Assembly (NCBI RefSeq): GCF_006345805.1
Contig: NC_043008.1
Coordinates: 49,352,001-49,416,000, forward strand
Reading direction: 5' to 3'
Length of the DNA: 64,000 nt
Source: Octopus sinensis
Taxonomy: Eukaryota
Positions 61,561 through 64,000 of the stretch are shown one piece after another. The notes beneath the pieces are model-generated. The model saw only the letters and a program-made list of their open reading frames with translations, had not been told where the DNA came from and searched no databases. How positions within the stretch are numbered: position 1 is the stretch's first letter; each line of letters starts with the position of its first letter. A program made the translations under genes and the position numbers.

Positions 61561-62949
61561 ACACCCCTATTTTGTGGTGAGCTAGGAATGACTGGATAAG
61601 GCTTATGCTTAGTTTCAACTTTTGCAAATTATTGTGGTTTAAGGAGAGGTGGTCATTGAGAGAAAGGAAGAAGATGGATTACATAAAGTATTTTTATTAT
61701 GGGAGGAGGTGTCTGGTGGAGTGAGATGCAGCAGAAGATGAAGGAAAGGTTAGGTGGATCAGAAGTGGGTTTCAGTTGGATGGAGTTGTACCTCACAGCT
61801 GGCAGGTTTATCTGATGTTCACAGAATGCCGTAGTCTCTGCTGGAAGCAAGAGTCATGAAGCTAACCTAACCTGAGTTGGTTGATTACAAGACAGATATA
61901 TACTTATCAGGGCTTTATTTAACCATCTGCTGTGTACCTGGCCTTGCCCTGTACTTTCAGCTTCTGGATGGAATCAAAGCGGTAATGTTAGACTTGGACA
62001 TTTGTTAGACTTGGCAGAACCCATCTCTCTCCACATCAATCACAGCTGATTTCTTCTTGAAAAAGGCAAAGACAAAAAGGAAAATACAGTGAGAGAAAGA
62101 CGGATCAACCCCAGTACATGACTGGTATTTATTTATTGACCCTAAAAGGACAAAGTTGATCTTAGATTTGAACTTAACTCATAGAAGGTTGAAAAATGAC
62201 TCAGTCATACCTACACCAAAGTCTTTTTGTTTTTTGCTTCCTTTTTTTTTTGTAGTGAGGGCTCAAACCTTTCCAAATCAGACATTTTGCTATTTTGTTT
62301 GATATAAAAAACATTTTGTCCTTTCCCACCTTTTTTTTTTCCTATTTATTTTACTTCCTTTTACCAATGTTTATTTTTATTTCTCTTTACAGCCAGCATA
62401 CTTCTTCTTCTTCTTCTTCTTCCTTTTGCAGTCACACATCTCAAACTTTTAAATATTTCTACCTCTGTACTGTATCACATAACAACACAAATATGGCCTA
62501 TTGTAGATTCCAACCAGATAAGGACTTGAGAGGTTTTTAGTTAAAAGATTTTTATTATTTGACTGAAGTAGGCGCTTGTCTCGCCTTTCTGCCCTTCCTT
62601 GTCTCTTTGTCTGTCTGTCTCCATTTTCCCAGCCACCCACTTCTCTCTCTTGTCTGTCTGTGGACCATTTCTCCTGACATTTTCTCGCAGACATGGATTA
62701 AATATAATTGTGTATCTTTCTGAAAAATTGACCTTATTTCATAATCTTTCATTGACTACACATGTTCTTACATACATTCGCACAAAAAACAAAAAAGCCA
62801 AAAACCAGGACTTGTTACCTTCACTTACTCACCCCCTCCTCATCTCTCTCCTTTCTCCCTTTTTCTCTCCTTCATTCTGTGTCTCTTTCTTTCACACACA
62901 CAACACTTACTAGAGAGGAGCATGTTTACATATCAACATACTGCTTCAT

Positions 62950-62950
62950 A

Positions 62951-62986
<36 letters not shown>

Positions 62987-62996
62987 TGCGTGTGTG

Positions 62997-63028
<32 letters not shown>

Positions 63029-63099
63029 CATATATATATAAGTATATTTATATATATACATATATATATAAGTATATATATATATACACACACATATAT

Positions 63100-63131
<32 letters not shown>

Positions 63132-63210
63132 CATATATATATAAGTATATTTATATATATACATATATATATAAGTATATATATATACACACACATATAT
63201 TATATATATA
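62950..63210. repeat. (TG)n and duplicated complex TA microsatellite
   Basis: Direct inspection. Confidence 0.93.
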
Positions 63211-63214
63211 TAAG

Positions 63215-63372
63215 TGCAGGAGTGGCTGTGTGTTAAGTAGCTTGCTTACCAACCACATGGTCCCGGGTTCAGTCCCACTGCATGGCACCTTGGGCAAGTG
63301 TCTTCTACTATAGCCTCAGGCTGACCAAGCTTTATGAGTGGATTTGGTAGGCGGAAACTGAAAGAAGTCCGT

Positions 63373-63466
<94 letters not shown>

Positions 63467-63560
63467 GTATGTATGTATATGTATATATTTGCTTGGCAAC
63501 CAAATGTTGGTGTGTTTATGTCAGCATGGTCACAGTCAAATGACTGAAACCAGTGAAAGA
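63215..63560 (+). mobile_element. SINE A with expanded internal TA tract
   Basis: Head identical in order to 12199; 3' body shortened. Confidence 0.9.
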
Positions 63561-63714
63561 AAGAAAACTGTGTGTGTGTATTAAATGTCTAAATACCTTT
63601 AGTGTTTTAGACATTTCCCTACCAAGAGCACTTATTAGAAATTCAGTATATTGTATTCTTATTGAATATATTCCATTAACGATATATGTGTGTTTGTGTG
63701 TTTCATAGATTGTA

Positions 63715-64000
63715 TTTACCCACTTGGGATGTTATACAATGTGCTTCCAATTCTTTTATTGATTGTGCCCTTCTTCTTCATCTTGGTCCAAATCATTTAA
63801 CTTAAATTGTCTTCCCATCATTGTGGATACCTTCCGAATGGCCCTTTTCAAACTCTGGTGTACCACTCGCCAATTACTAGTGAGCCCATCTTGGGAGTGT
63901 GCACCATGCATTCGTTGATTGTTTTTGGTGTTTACATAGTCATGAGCAGGCTTGGACACTCTGGCTTTCCTTCCCTTTGACCCACCGACACACTGATGAT
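63715..64000 (-). pseudogene. Probable mariner-type transposase HTH-region relic
   Basis: SVCRWVKGKES, NTKNNQRM..QD, IRKVST and KHIV..KWV spread across frames resemble VxRWV..E..SGRP..RKVxxRWVP..IVTGDExWV. Confidence 0.35.

Noticed and set aside
63756-63999. 80-codon minus ORF (HDYVN..WRVVHQSLKRAIRKV) as a host-gene terminal exon
   Set aside because: Better explained as a decayed mariner-like transposase, with motifs spread over several frames; not excluded without a database search

Overview
This is a repeat-saturated eukaryotic window, most likely octopus or another coleoid cephalopod. That call is inferred from the AT-rich background, the very long TA/CA/GA microsatellites and tRNA-derived SINE families resembling the octopus OK/OR types. 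No intact, recognisable protein-coding gene, rRNA, true tRNA or CRISPR array is present. Almost all ORF-track entries are microsatellite or repeat read-through. Supported content: many copies of at least 5 SINE-like families (labelled A, B, C, G and S4 here); relics of Tx1/L1-like, RTE-like and R4/Dong-like LINEs; Tc1/mariner transposase relics; piggyBac-, Tigger-, hAT-type and fold-back MITEs; and many simple and higher-order tandem repeats. Beneath the repeats the minus strand carries an excess of perfect splice signals. These include four CAG|GTRAGT donors, two tight 40-48 nt exons and a textbook AG|GT recursive-splice (ratchet) point at 3879/3878. This suggests the window lies inside one large minus-strand transcription unit (multi-exon 5'UTR or lncRNA; gene unidentified). 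A CpG-undepleted domain at about 37.9-42.4 kb, with TATA+Inr and E2F-like motifs, looks like an internal or bidirectional promoter. All calls were made by eye and repeat boundaries are approximate.
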